Shown: piece after piece, positions 8,176 to 16,787 of the stretch | Numbering within the stretch: the first letter of the stretch is position 1 | Layout of the letters: each line of letters begins with the position of its first letter | Assembly (NCBI GenBank): GCA_035296825.1 | Contig: DATHAG010000002.1 | Location: forward strand, 1-40,697 | Source: Gaiellaceae bacterium | GTDB lineage: Bacteria > Actinomycetota > Thermoleophilia > Gaiellales > Gaiellaceae | Direction: 5' to 3' | Length of the DNA stretch: 40,697 nucleotides | The notes under the pieces: generated by a model | Database searches by the model: none | Told to the model about the DNA's origin: nothing | The model's input: the letters and a program-made list of their open reading frames with translations, nothing else | Position numbers and translations under genes: made by a program

Positions 8176-8946
8176 CTAGCGGCCCTTGAAGCGGGGTTCC
8201 CGCTTCTCGAGAAACGATGCGACGCCCTCGGCGAAGTCCTCGCTCTGCGTCGCCGCCGTCTGAAGCTGGGCCTCGAGCTCGAGCTGCTCGCCGAGCGTCC
8301 TCGTCGAGGCGCCGTCGAGGAGGCGCTTGGTCATGCCGATGCCGCGGGTAGGCATGGCCGCGGCCGTCGCGGCGAGCTCCGCCGCGCGGGCAGCAAGCCG
8401 ATCCGCTTCCACCACCTCCGAGACAAGACCCCAGGCGTGGGCTTCCGCCGCGCTCAACTTGCGCCCGGAAGTCAGCCATTCGAAGGCGCGAGCCTGGCCG
8501 AGGAGCCGGGCGGTGAAAAAGGAGCCGCCCGAGTCCGGAACCAGCCCGACGTTGACGAAGGCCGGTACGAAGCTCGCGGCATCGGAGGCGAGCCTGACGT
8601 CGCAGGCGAGTGCAAACGAAAGCCCGGCGCCGGCCGCGGGTCCGTTCACAGCCGCGATCACAGGCTTTTCGAGCGCGCGGATCGCCAGGATGTTCGGGTG
8701 GTACTGCGACCGCAGCCGCTCGCCGATGTCCCCGGGGCCACCCTCGAACGCCCGCAGATCCTGGCCCACGCAAAAGCCTCGCCCCGCGCCGGTAAGAACG
8801 ACTGCGCGCACCTCGGGATCGCGTGCCGCCTTCAGCGCGGCCGCGAGGCGCTCGTGCATGGCAGCGTCGAAGGCATTCAGCACGTCGGGCCGGTTGAGCG
8901 TGATCGTCTGCACGGCTCCGTCTCGACTCATCTCGACCTCGGACAT
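8176..8946 (-). CDS. paaG: Enoyl-CoA hydratase/isomerase family, probable 2-(1,2-epoxy-1,2-dihydrophenyl)acetyl-CoA isomerase (PaaG-like)
   Basis: 256 aa crotonase fold. ITLNRPDVLNAF, VLTGAGRGFCVGQDL (a PaaG-like signature as I recall it), AAVNGPAAGAGLSFALACD. Strong SD GGAGGGGAG. Confidence 0.75.
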   Translation of the reverse strand: MSEVEMSRDGAVQTITLNRPDVLNAFDAAMHERLAAALKAARDPEVRAVVLTGAGRGFCVGQDLRAFEGGPGDIGERLRSQYHPNILAIRALEKPVIAAVNGPAAGAGLSFALACDVRLASDAASFVPAFVNVGLVPDSGGSFFTARLLGQARAFEWLTSGRKLSAAEAHAWGLVSEVVEADRLAARAAELAATAAAMPTRGIGMTKRLLDGASTRTLGEQLELEAQLQTAATQSEDFAEGVASFLEKREPRFKGR

Positions 8947-8999
8947 CTCCCCTCCTTGAGCGTCGCGGCAGCGTGGAACTGCATTGCTAGTTTGACCGC

Positions 9000-10013
9000 A
9001 TGGCGGAGGTCCTGTTCGTCGACGGACTACTTGGCCCTGATCGGCCGGGGGCGGACGCCGGCGCGCACCCTGACGAGGCGCCGCTTGACGCCTACTCGCG
9101 CGTCGTCACCCAGGTCGCGGCGCGCCTGGCGCCCTCCGTCGCGAGCCTCCGTGTCGCACGGCGGGTCCGCGGAGGTCGCGTCCTCGACGGCGGCGGCTCC
9201 GCCGTCGTCGTCACGTCCGACGGTCTCATGCTCAGTTCCGCGCACGTGGTCGCGCGAACAAGCGGGAGCGGCCGCGCCTCGTTCCCGGACGGGCGCGAGT
9301 GCGAGTTCGAGGTGGTCGGCTCCGATCCCCTTTCGGACCTTGCCGTTCTGCGGGCCCACGCGAGCGATCTTGCTCCCGCAGAGCTCGGAGATGCCGAGCA
9401 GCTCCGGGTCGGCCAACTCGTGGTCGCAATCGGGAACCCGCACGGGTTCGGCGGCTCCGTCACCGCAGGCGTCGTATCTGCGCTCGGCCGTTCCCTTCCA
9501 ACCCGCTCCGCCTCGGCGAGCCGCCTCGTCGAGAACGTGATCCAGACCGATGCTGCTTTGAATCCCGGCAACTCGGGTGGAGCTCTGGTCGACGGGCTCG
9601 GACGAGTCGTCGGCGTGAACACGGCGGTCGCAGGCGTAGGGCTTGGCCTGGCCGTTCCGATCAACGCGACCACGCGCCTGATCCTGGCCGCGCTCATGCG
9701 CGACGGCGTCTTCCGCCGTGCCTACATCGGGATCGCGGGCGGCTCGCGACCGTTGCCTCCCCGACTCGCACGCAAGCTTGGGCGCGAGCAGGGCATCGAG
9801 ATCGTCGAGGTGGTTGAAGGAAGCCCGGCTGCACGGGCCGGTCTGCGCCCCGAGGACCTGATTCATGACGTGGACGGCGTGCCCGTCACTGACGCGGGTG
9901 ACCTCCAGCGGCTGATGACGGGCGAGCTGATCGGCCGCACGATCTGCGTGCGGGTCGTTCGCGGGGAGAACACCCTCGAGCTTCCGGTCGTCCCGGTCGA
10001 GCTAGCCCTCTAG
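9000..10013 (+). CDS. S1C (HtrA/DegP-like) trypsin-type serine protease with one C-terminal PDZ domain
   Basis: 337 aa. Catalytic triad context SSAHVV / SDLAVLRA / NPGNSGGALVD. PDZ: VEVVEGSPAARAGLRPEDLIHDVDG. No obvious signal peptide or TM at the N-terminus. Confidence 0.85.
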   Translation: MAEVLFVDGLLGPDRPGADAGAHPDEAPLDAYSRVVTQVAARLAPSVASLRVARRVRGGRVLDGGGSAVVVTSDGLMLSSAHVVARTSGSGRASFPDGRECEFEVVGSDPLSDLAVLRAHASDLAPAELGDAEQLRVGQLVVAIGNPHGFGGSVTAGVVSALGRSLPTRSASASRLVENVIQTDAALNPGNSGGALVDGLGRVVGVNTAVAGVGLGLAVPINATTRLILAALMRDGVFRRAYIGIAGGSRPLPPRLARKLGREQGIEIVEVVEGSPAARAGLRPEDLIHDVDGVPVTDAGDLQRLMTGELIGRTICVRVVRGENTLELPVVPVELAL

Positions 10014-10082
10014 GCCTAACGCCCGAAGCGAAGATTCGGCCGGGCCGGATGACGCCCCAGACGGCGACCGAATGTCGCCCTT

Positions 10083-10868
10083 TCAGCGGCCCTCGAACTC
10101 GGGATCGCGCTTCTCGGTGAAGGCCGATAGGCCCTCCTTCGCGTCCTCGGAGGCGAAAGCAAGGTAGAGCGAGCGCCGCTCGTAGTCGAGGCCGACCTCG
10201 AGCGACGTGTCGAAGGCTCGGTTCACCGACGCCTTCGCGAGCTGTTGGGCGACCGGGCCCTTCGAAGCGATCGCGCGGGCGATCCGCTTTGCCTCTTCGA
10301 GCCACGCCTCCCGGGCGACCACCCGCGCCACGAGACCCGCCAGCTCGGCCTCACGGGCGTCGAGGAAGCGCCCCGTCAGGATCAGGTCCATCGCCTTGGC
10401 CTTGCCGACGGCGCGCGTGAGCCGCTGCGTGCCGCCTGCCCCCGGGATGATGCCTAGGCCGGTCTCTGGCTGGCCGAACTTCGCCGTTTCGGAGGCCACG
10501 ATCAGGTCACAGGCCATCGCGAGCTCGCACCCCCCGCCCAGGCAGAAGCCCGAGACGGCCGCGACCAGCGGTATCCGCAGACCACGAATCGAGTCCCATT
10601 GCTCGACGCGCCGCTGCCGGAGCATGTCCATCGCGGTCGCTTCTGCCATCTCGGCGATGTCTGCACCGGCCGCGAACGCGCGGTCGTTCCCGGCCAGGAC
10701 GATGCAGCGGATCTCCGGGTCGACGTCGAGCTCCTCGAGCGCCCCGACGAGCTCGTTCATCAGCTGGTTCGAGAGCGCATTCAACTGCTCCGGGCGGTCG
10801 AGCGTGACGAGCGCGAAGCGTTCCTCTCTTTCCACGCGGACGGTCATGGGGCGAACGGGGCGAGGCAT
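10083..10868 (-). CDS. Enoyl-CoA hydratase (crotonase; PaaF/Ech-like)
   Basis: 261 aa. VTLDRPEQLNAL, VLAGNDRAFAAGADIAEM, AAVSGFCLGGGCELAMACD, ETGLGIIPGAGGTQRL. Confidence 0.85.
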   Translation of the reverse strand: MPRPVRPMTVRVEREERFALVTLDRPEQLNALSNQLMNELVGALEELDVDPEIRCIVLAGNDRAFAAGADIAEMAEATAMDMLRQRRVEQWDSIRGLRIPLVAAVSGFCLGGGCELAMACDLIVASETAKFGQPETGLGIIPGAGGTQRLTRAVGKAKAMDLILTGRFLDAREAELAGLVARVVAREAWLEEAKRIARAIASKGPVAQQLAKASVNRAFDTSLEVGLDYERRSLYLAFASEDAKEGLSAFTEKRDPEFEGR

Positions 10869-10916
10869 GCCTCGCCCCTACGAAGACGCAAGGCGCGGGC
10901 CTGACAAGTCCGGCCA

Positions 10917-11741
10917 CTACATTTCATCGGAGCCCTTCCGCTCGAGGAACTTCCGAACCGCCTGCTTCGGCTCCTCGGTCGCCATCGAGAGCGCGAGCCA
11001 GTCGCGGGCGTGGCCAATCGTCTCGTTCCAGGCGAGGTTCCGCCAGAAGTTGAGCTGCTCCTTCGTGTAACGGACGGTCTGTGGGAGCTTCGTGGCGAGC
11101 TTCTCGACCAACTGGTCGACGGAGGCGTCGAGCTCGGCTCGTGGCACGACCCGGTTCACGAGGCCCCACTCGCGGGCTTTCTCCGATGGGATCTCCTCGC
11201 ATAGGAAGATGATTTCCCGCGCCCGCCGGTCACCGACCATGATCGGCAACCACTGGGTGGCGCCCCCGGCGGGGACTGACCCGTGCTCGGGCCCGACGTG
11301 GCGAATGAACGCATCGTCGACCATGACCGCCAGGTCGCAGGCGATCTGGAGCTCGTTGCCGCCGCCGACGCAGATCCCGTTGATCCGCGCCAGGGTCGGC
11401 TTCCCGATCTCGCGCAGCCGGTCGTGAGCGTCCTTGAAGGCACCGAACCACTTCCAGTACTCGCCCGGATTCCCGAGGTAGTCGGCCGACCACGATTTCA
11501 GGTCCGCTCCCACGCAGAACGCTCGCCCCGCACCCGTCAGCACGACCACTCGGATCTCGTCATCCCAGGAAGCGTCCTCGCAAGCCCGCGCCAGCTCCCG
11601 CAGGAGCTGGAAGTCGAACGCGTTCAGCACCTCGGGCCGGTTCAGCGTGATCGTCGCCCGCGGCGGCGCCTTCTCGTAAACGATTTTCTCGAAGCCGAGC
11701 TCGGAGGGTTCGCGAGGCTCGGGCCGGGAGGGCTCCGTCAT
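10917..11741 (-). CDS. Crotonase-superfamily enzyme of the MenB/BadI-like branch (hydratase/hydrolase, substrate unknown)
   Basis: True start is the ATG at 11741 (MTEPSRPEPREPSELGFEKIVYEK...), which makes an ATGA overlap with the EthD stop. ITLNRPEVLNAF, LTGAGRAFCVGADL, INGICVGGGNELQIACDLAV, GPEHGSVPAGGATQWL...REIIFLCEEIPSEKAREWGLVNRVVP resembles MenB-type sequences. Confidence 0.75.
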   Translation of the reverse strand: MTEPSRPEPREPSELGFEKIVYEKAPPRATITLNRPEVLNAFDFQLLRELARACEDASWDDEIRVVVLTGAGRAFCVGADLKSWSADYLGNPGEYWKWFGAFKDAHDRLREIGKPTLARINGICVGGGNELQIACDLAVMVDDAFIRHVGPEHGSVPAGGATQWLPIMVGDRRAREIIFLCEEIPSEKAREWGLVNRVVPRAELDASVDQLVEKLATKLPQTVRYTKEQLNFWRNLAWNETIGHARDWLALSMATEEPKQAVRKFLERKGSDEM

Positions 11742-12019
11742 TCGCTCACGTCGGCGAAGAGCACGTGGAAGCGGCCGCCCAGCTCCATTGCGTCCTTGCC
11801 GGTCGCCATGAACTCCTCGCTCTGAGAGGCTGTGTTGAACGCCTCCCGGTCGGAGAATTCCCACTCGGCGTAGTACGCGAACTGTGGCTCGCCCATCGGC
11901 GCCCCGAAAACCTTCCCGTGCCGGAACGTCCCGCCCGGGACTCGACGGCATAGCTCGGCGTGCTGCTCATAGCGCCTCTGCTCCGGTTCCTCCTCGTACA
12001 GGACGAACGCCCTGACCAT
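11738..12019 (-). CDS. EthD-domain (dimeric alpha/beta-barrel) protein
   Basis: 93 aa. MVRAFVLYEEEPEQRRYEQHAELCRRVPGGTFRHGKVFG...FADVSE resembles the EthD/TIGR02118 family. Strong SD GGGAGGAGG. Confidence 0.65.
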   Translation of the reverse strand: MVRAFVLYEEEPEQRRYEQHAELCRRVPGGTFRHGKVFGAPMGEPQFAYYAEWEFSDREAFNTASQSEEFMATGKDAMELGGRFHVLFADVSE

Positions 12020-12184
12020 GCGCCTCCTCCCGTCGCTCGAGGCGACAGGCTAACGGCTCCCGAGCACGGCAGTCTCCGAGGTCAGGTCGCTGCGCCTGAA
12101 AGACCCGAGTCCGGCGAGAGAGGAGTTCCGTATCGAGACGAGCTGGACGTCGGCCGCCGGGGCGGCCTTCCCTCCTCAGTGGCG

Positions 12185-13489
12185 CTACGCCGCTCTTCCG
12201 CTTGCGTCGAGAAGAGCTTCCTCGAGGATCTCCAACCCGCGCTCGAGGTCCTCATCGGAGATGACGAGCGGCACGAGAACTCGGACGACGTTTCCGTACA
12301 GGCCGCAGGCGAGGATGATCAGTCCACGCTCGCGGGCGGCGACGAGAATCGCGCTGGTCAGCCCGGCCGCCGGCGCCTTCGTCTCACGGTCTTCGACCAG
12401 CTCGATCGCCTGCATGGCTCCGAGACCTCGCACCTCACCGATCGCATCGATTCGCTCTGCCATCTCCTCGAGCCCGGCTCGAATGCGAGTGCCGATGGAC
12501 TCTGCGCGCTCGCGGAACTCCGGTGTGGCCACCTCGTCCAGGATCGCGACCGCTGCGGCGCACGCGACTGGATTGCCGCCGAACGTGCCGCCGAGCCCAC
12601 CGGCTGGGACGGCGTCCATCACCTCCGCGCGCCCGGTGACGCCGGCGAGCGGGAGCCCCCCGCCGAGTGATTTTCCGGAGACCATGAGATCCGGCTCGAC
12701 GCCGTAGCGCTCGATCGCCCAGACGGTTCCCGTGCGTCCGACACCGCTTTGCACCTCGTCGTCCACGTAGAGGATGCCGTGCTTGGCACAGAGCTCAGCG
12801 AGGCGGGCGGGAAAGTCCTCCGGCATCGGGATGAACCCACCCTCACCCTGCACCGGCTCGAGCACGACGCAGGCGACGGACTCGGGATCGACGTCGGCTT
12901 TGAACAGGAGCTCCAGTGCGTGAATCGCATCGGCAGTGGTGACGCCGCGGTACGGGTACGGCGCGGGAGCCCGGTAGACCTCCGGCGCAAAGGGCCCGAA
13001 ACCGCGCTTGTACGGGACGACCTTGCTCGTCATCGTCATCGTCAGAAGGGTTCGACCGTGGAAGGCGCGGTCAAAGGTGATTACCGCCGGGCGGCCGGTA
13101 GCGACGCGCGCAATCTTGACTGCATTCTCCACCGCCTCTGCACCGGAGTTCAGGAGGATCGACTTCTGCTCCTTCCCCCGGCAAGGCGAAAGCTCGTCAA
13201 GGCGTCGACAAGCCTCGACGTAGGGCTCGTACATCCCGACCATGAAGCACTGGTGGAGGTAGCGGTCGACCTGCTCGTGAATCGCGGCGACTACCGAGGT
13301 GGGGCCGTGACCGAGGTTCTGGCAGCCAAGGCCGCCGGCAAAGTCGAGGTAGCTCTTGCCGTCGACGTCCTCGATGTGTGTTCCGCCTGCGCGGGCGACA
13401 ACCAGGTGCGGAGTGGCGACGCCGCGTGCGACGTAGCGCTCGCGTGCCTCGACTACCGCCTGGGTCGCGCTTCGCTCCGTGACTTCCAT
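12185..13489 (-). CDS. gabT: 4-aminobutyrate--2-oxoglutarate transaminase (class-III PLP aminotransferase)
   Basis: 434 aa. DGKSYLDFAGGLGCQNLGH, LLNSGAEAVENAVKIAR, YVDDEVQSGVGRTG, SGKSLGGGLPL (PLP lysine context). Confidence 0.9.
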   Translation of the reverse strand: MEVTERSATQAVVEARERYVARGVATPHLVVARAGGTHIEDVDGKSYLDFAGGLGCQNLGHGPTSVVAAIHEQVDRYLHQCFMVGMYEPYVEACRRLDELSPCRGKEQKSILLNSGAEAVENAVKIARVATGRPAVITFDRAFHGRTLLTMTMTSKVVPYKRGFGPFAPEVYRAPAPYPYRGVTTADAIHALELLFKADVDPESVACVVLEPVQGEGGFIPMPEDFPARLAELCAKHGILYVDDEVQSGVGRTGTVWAIERYGVEPDLMVSGKSLGGGLPLAGVTGRAEVMDAVPAGGLGGTFGGNPVACAAAVAILDEVATPEFRERAESIGTRIRAGLEEMAERIDAIGEVRGLGAMQAIELVEDRETKAPAAGLTSAILVAARERGLIILACGLYGNVVRVLVPLVISDEDLERGLEILEEALLDASGRAA

Positions 13490-13526
13490 CGGCCGATACT
13501 ACTCAAGTCTGCTGAGGTCTGGATAT

Positions 13527-13988
13527 ATGCTCGGCTGCGTGTCGGGCAGCGGGTTTGCGGTCGTCCTTGCGCTCTTGGCCGGACTGGCCGGCTCGATTCA
13601 GATCGCGGTCATGGGACGCTTCGGAGACCGGATCGGCTCACTGGAGGCACTCGCGTTCTCCCTGCTCGTATCGACAGTGATCGCGACCGCCGCGCTCGTT
13701 GCGCTTCGCGGTTCCCTGGACGGCTTCGCGACGGCTTTGCGCCAACCGGTCTGGCTCTGGCTGGGTGGCGTCATGGGCTTCTTCATCGTCTTCACGATCA
13801 CGTTCGCGCAGCCGCGCATCGGCACCACGGCGACGATCGGTCTCCTGATCGCAGGCCAGCTCGCAATGGGCGCCCTTATCGATCGCTTCGGGCTCTTCGG
13901 AGTGGAGCGAATCGGCTTGACGCTGCCCCGGCTCCTCGGCATCGCGCTCCTGGCGGTCGGCGCGGCGCTCTCCCTCCACCGAGCCTAG
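13527..13988 (+). CDS. DMT-superfamily small membrane transporter (DUF606/YdcZ-like)
   Basis: ATG at 13527 chosen because the ORF-track start at 13479 overlaps gabT. About 5 TM helices, GSIQIAVMGRFG and GQLAMGALIDRFGLFG motifs. Confidence 0.6.
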   Translation: MLGCVSGSGFAVVLALLAGLAGSIQIAVMGRFGDRIGSLEALAFSLLVSTVIATAALVALRGSLDGFATALRQPVWLWLGGVMGFFIVFTITFAQPRIGTTATIGLLIAGQLAMGALIDRFGLFGVERIGLTLPRLLGIALLAVGAALSLHRA

Positions 13989-16150
13989 AGGCCTACGACA
14001 TCATCCGGACGCACGGGCACGCGGGTCAGCTCGCGACCGGTCGCGTCCCGGAGCGCCGCGACGATTGCCGCGGTCGACACTACCGTCGGGGGCTCCCCCA
14101 CCCCCTTGACGCCGAAGGGCGCATCCGGCTCCGGCTCCTCCACGAGCTCCGCGACGACAGTGGGCATGTCGAGGGCGGTCGGGATCAGATAGTCGGTGAA
14201 GCTCGCGTTCGTGATCACCCCGTCACGCGTGAGGATCTCTTCCATGAGCGCGAGGCCGAGCCCCTGCGCGGTGCCGCCCTCGATCTGACCGTACACCGCC
14301 TGTGGGTTGACCGCCTTGCCGACGTCCTGGGCCGTTCCGACCCAGACGACCCGCGTCAGCCCGAGCTCGACATCGACCTCAGCCACGACACGCATCGCCG
14401 CGCAGGCGAACGCGACATGCGCGCGCTCGCCGGTGATCTGGCCTGTCTCGGGGTCGAGGGGCGTCGTTTTCCGGTGACGGTAGACGCGCTCCAGGTCGAT
14501 CTCGGCATCTCCGAGTGCGCCGCCGCGGCGTTCGAGCTCTTCGCGGGCGGCACGGCAGGCGAGCTGAACCGCTCCGGCCGACATCCAGGTCATCCGCGAG
14601 GCCGAGGCCGAGCCTGCAGAGTCGACCGTGGCCGTCGTGTGGGGGGCGAGCACGATGTCCTCGATCCCGAGCTCGGTCCGTGCGACCTGGACGATGACGT
14701 TCGAGACCCCCTGGCCGACCTCTGCGGCGGCGCAATGCACCTCGGCCATGAGAACGCCGGCCGCGCCCTTGAAGACGCGAACGCGGGCGCTCGTGTAGTC
14801 GTCGAAGCCCTCCGAGTAGCAGATGTTCTTGAACCCGACAGCGAACCCGATTCCCCGCCGGATCCCCTCGCCGCGAGTCGTGTTGCCGGCGCCGCCCGGC
14901 AGCCGGATCGCATCCCGCGGTAGGGGCTCCGGCCCGGGCAGAGGGATTGCTGCAGCGCGGCGGATCACCTCGGCGACGGGCAGAGAACCGGTCACCCGCT
15001 GGCCAGTCGGGAGCGTGTCGCCCGGGGCAAGCGCGTTCCTGAGGCGTAGTTCGACGGGATCGATGGCGAGCGCGCCCGCGAGCCTGTCCATCTGCGCTTC
15101 GGCTGCGAAGCATGTCTGCACGGCGCCGAACCCGCGCATCGCGCCGCAGGGTGGATTGTTCGTGTAGACGCAGGTCGACTCGATGAGCGCGTTCTCGACC
15201 GCATAGGGCCCGCAGGCGAAGGAGGCCGCGTTCGAGGTAACCGCCGTCGAGCTCGACGCGTAGGCGCCTCCGTCGAGGAGAATCCGCATGCGGACGCAGA
15301 CGACCTTCCCGTCGCGGTTCGCCCGGTGCTCCGCCCAGATGCGTGCCGGGTGCCGGTGGATGTGGCCGACGAAGGACTCCTCGCGGTTGTAGACCATCTT
15401 CACGGGGCGATTCGTATGTAGGGCCAGCATCGCCCCGTGAATTTGCATGGAGAGGTCCTCGCGCCCGCCGAACGCTCCCCCGACTCCCGCCAGGTGAATA
15501 CGGACCTGCTCAGGCGCGAGGCCGAGGCAGGGCGCGACCTGGTCACGGTCGACGTGCAGCCATTGGGTTGCGACGTAGACGTCCACCCCTCCCTCACCAT
15601 CCGGGACGGACAGCCCGGATTCGGGGCCGAGGAACGCCTGATCCTGGATTCCGAGGTCGTAGACGCCGGAGACCGCCACATCTCCCGCTGACTCAGGGTC
15701 GCCGTGACGGATGACCATCGACCGCACGACGTTCGGTCGCGGGTCGTCCCGGTAGCCGTGCCCCTGCGTCCAGCTCTGGGGATGGATCGGCTCGGCATCG
15801 GCAGCGGTCGCGGGATCGACGATCGGATCCAGAGGCTCGTACTCGACGCGAACCCGCTCGGCCGCCCGTCGCGCCTGCTCCGGATGCTCCGCGGCCACGA
15901 GAGCCACTGGCTCGCCGTAGTACCGCACGCGGTCGAAGGCGAGCACGGGCTGGTCTCGGAACTCGAGGCCGTAGCGCTTGTCGCCGGGAACGTCCTCGTG
16001 CGTGAGAACGGCGTGCACGCCCGCCATGCCGAGCGCGCCCCCGAGATCGATCGAGACGATTCGGGCATGGGCGTGCGGACTGCGGAGCGTGTGGCCCCAG
16101 AGCATGCCGGCCGCGAACAGGTCGCTCGAGTACGCAAATTCGCCGGTCAC
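13985..16150 (-). CDS. Xanthine dehydrogenase/aldehyde oxidase family molybdopterin-binding large subunit
   Basis: 721 aa from GTG 16150. LRSPHAHARIVSID, GGAFGGRED, GAMRGFG and GVGEPP motifs. The conserved N-terminus (LGRVGESTRRIDGIPKVTG) continues upstream of this start to about 16225 (see findings). Confidence 0.9.
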   Translation of the reverse strand: MTGEFAYSSDLFAAGMLWGHTLRSPHAHARIVSIDLGGALGMAGVHAVLTHEDVPGDKRYGLEFRDQPVLAFDRVRYYGEPVALVAAEHPEQARRAAERVRVEYEPLDPIVDPATAADAEPIHPQSWTQGHGYRDDPRPNVVRSMVIRHGDPESAGDVAVSGVYDLGIQDQAFLGPESGLSVPDGEGGVDVYVATQWLHVDRDQVAPCLGLAPEQVRIHLAGVGGAFGGREDLSMQIHGAMLALHTNRPVKMVYNREESFVGHIHRHPARIWAEHRANRDGKVVCVRMRILLDGGAYASSSTAVTSNAASFACGPYAVENALIESTCVYTNNPPCGAMRGFGAVQTCFAAEAQMDRLAGALAIDPVELRLRNALAPGDTLPTGQRVTGSLPVAEVIRRAAAIPLPGPEPLPRDAIRLPGGAGNTTRGEGIRRGIGFAVGFKNICYSEGFDDYTSARVRVFKGAAGVLMAEVHCAAAEVGQGVSNVIVQVARTELGIEDIVLAPHTTATVDSAGSASASRMTWMSAGAVQLACRAAREELERRGGALGDAEIDLERVYRHRKTTPLDPETGQITGERAHVAFACAAMRVVAEVDVELGLTRVVWVGTAQDVGKAVNPQAVYGQIEGGTAQGLGLALMEEILTRDGVITNASFTDYLIPTALDMPTVVAELVEEPEPDAPFGVKGVGEPPTVVSTAAIVAALRDATGRELTRVPVRPDDVVGL

Positions 16151-16331
16151 CTTCGGGATGCCGTCTATACGCCGAGTGCTCTCGCCGACGCGGCCGAGTT
16201 CGAGCTTGCGAACCGGCGCGCTCAGCGTTTCACTCCCGGCACGACCTGCGCGCCACGGGTGGGCATTTCGAGCCTAAGCTGGAACGCGAGCAGGGGGCGG
16301 GTCGGGACCCGAGGTACACGCGCGGGAAACA

Positions 16332-16787
16332 TCATTGCGAGGCAGCCAGTCGAACCGCGTCGAAGATCTTCGTGTAGCCGGTGCACCTGCAGAGGTTCCC
16401 CGAGAGAGCCTCCCGGATCTCGTCCTCACCCGGATCCGGGGAGCGTTCCAGGAGATCTGCCGTCGCCACCACGAGGCCGGGGGTGCAGAACCCGCACTGG
16501 ACCGCACCCGCCTGGACGAAGGCCTCCTGCACACGATGCAGCCTCCCCTCCTCAGCCAGGCCCTCGACGGTCACCACCTCGTGACCGTCAGCTTGCGCGG
16601 CAAGGACGAGGCACGCGCACACCAGCGTCCCGTCTAGCAACACCGAGCAGGAGCCGCACTCTCCCTGCTCGCACGCGTTCTTCGACCCCGGCAGGCCGAG
16701 CCGTTCCCGAAGCGCAAAGAGAAGGCTTTCACCGCCCCAGACGTCGGCCTCGTGGGGTTCGCCGTTCACGGTCAGCTCGATCCTCAT
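16332..16787 (-). CDS. Xanthine dehydrogenase family [2Fe-2S]-binding small subunit
   Basis: True start is ATG 16787 (MRIELTVNGEPH...). CEQGECGSCSV and CGFCTPG...CRCTGY cluster motifs. ATGA overlap with the FAD subunit stop. The 5' part of ORF 16332-17408 is an artefact. Confidence 0.92.
   Translation of the reverse strand: MRIELTVNGEPHEADVWGGESLLFALRERLGLPGSKNACEQGECGSCSVLLDGTLVCACLVLAAQADGHEVVTVEGLAEEGRLHRVQEAFVQAGAVQCGFCTPGLVVATADLLERSPDPGEDEIREALSGNLCRCTGYTKIFDAVRLAASQ

Noticed and set aside
12749-14923. 724-aa plus-strand ORF
   Set aside because: It runs antisense through gabT, out of frame through the DUF606 gene, and antisense into the molybdoenzyme large subunit. The composition is Arg/Gly/Asp/His-rich and low-complexity with no recognisable motifs. 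It is a high-GC shadow ORF.
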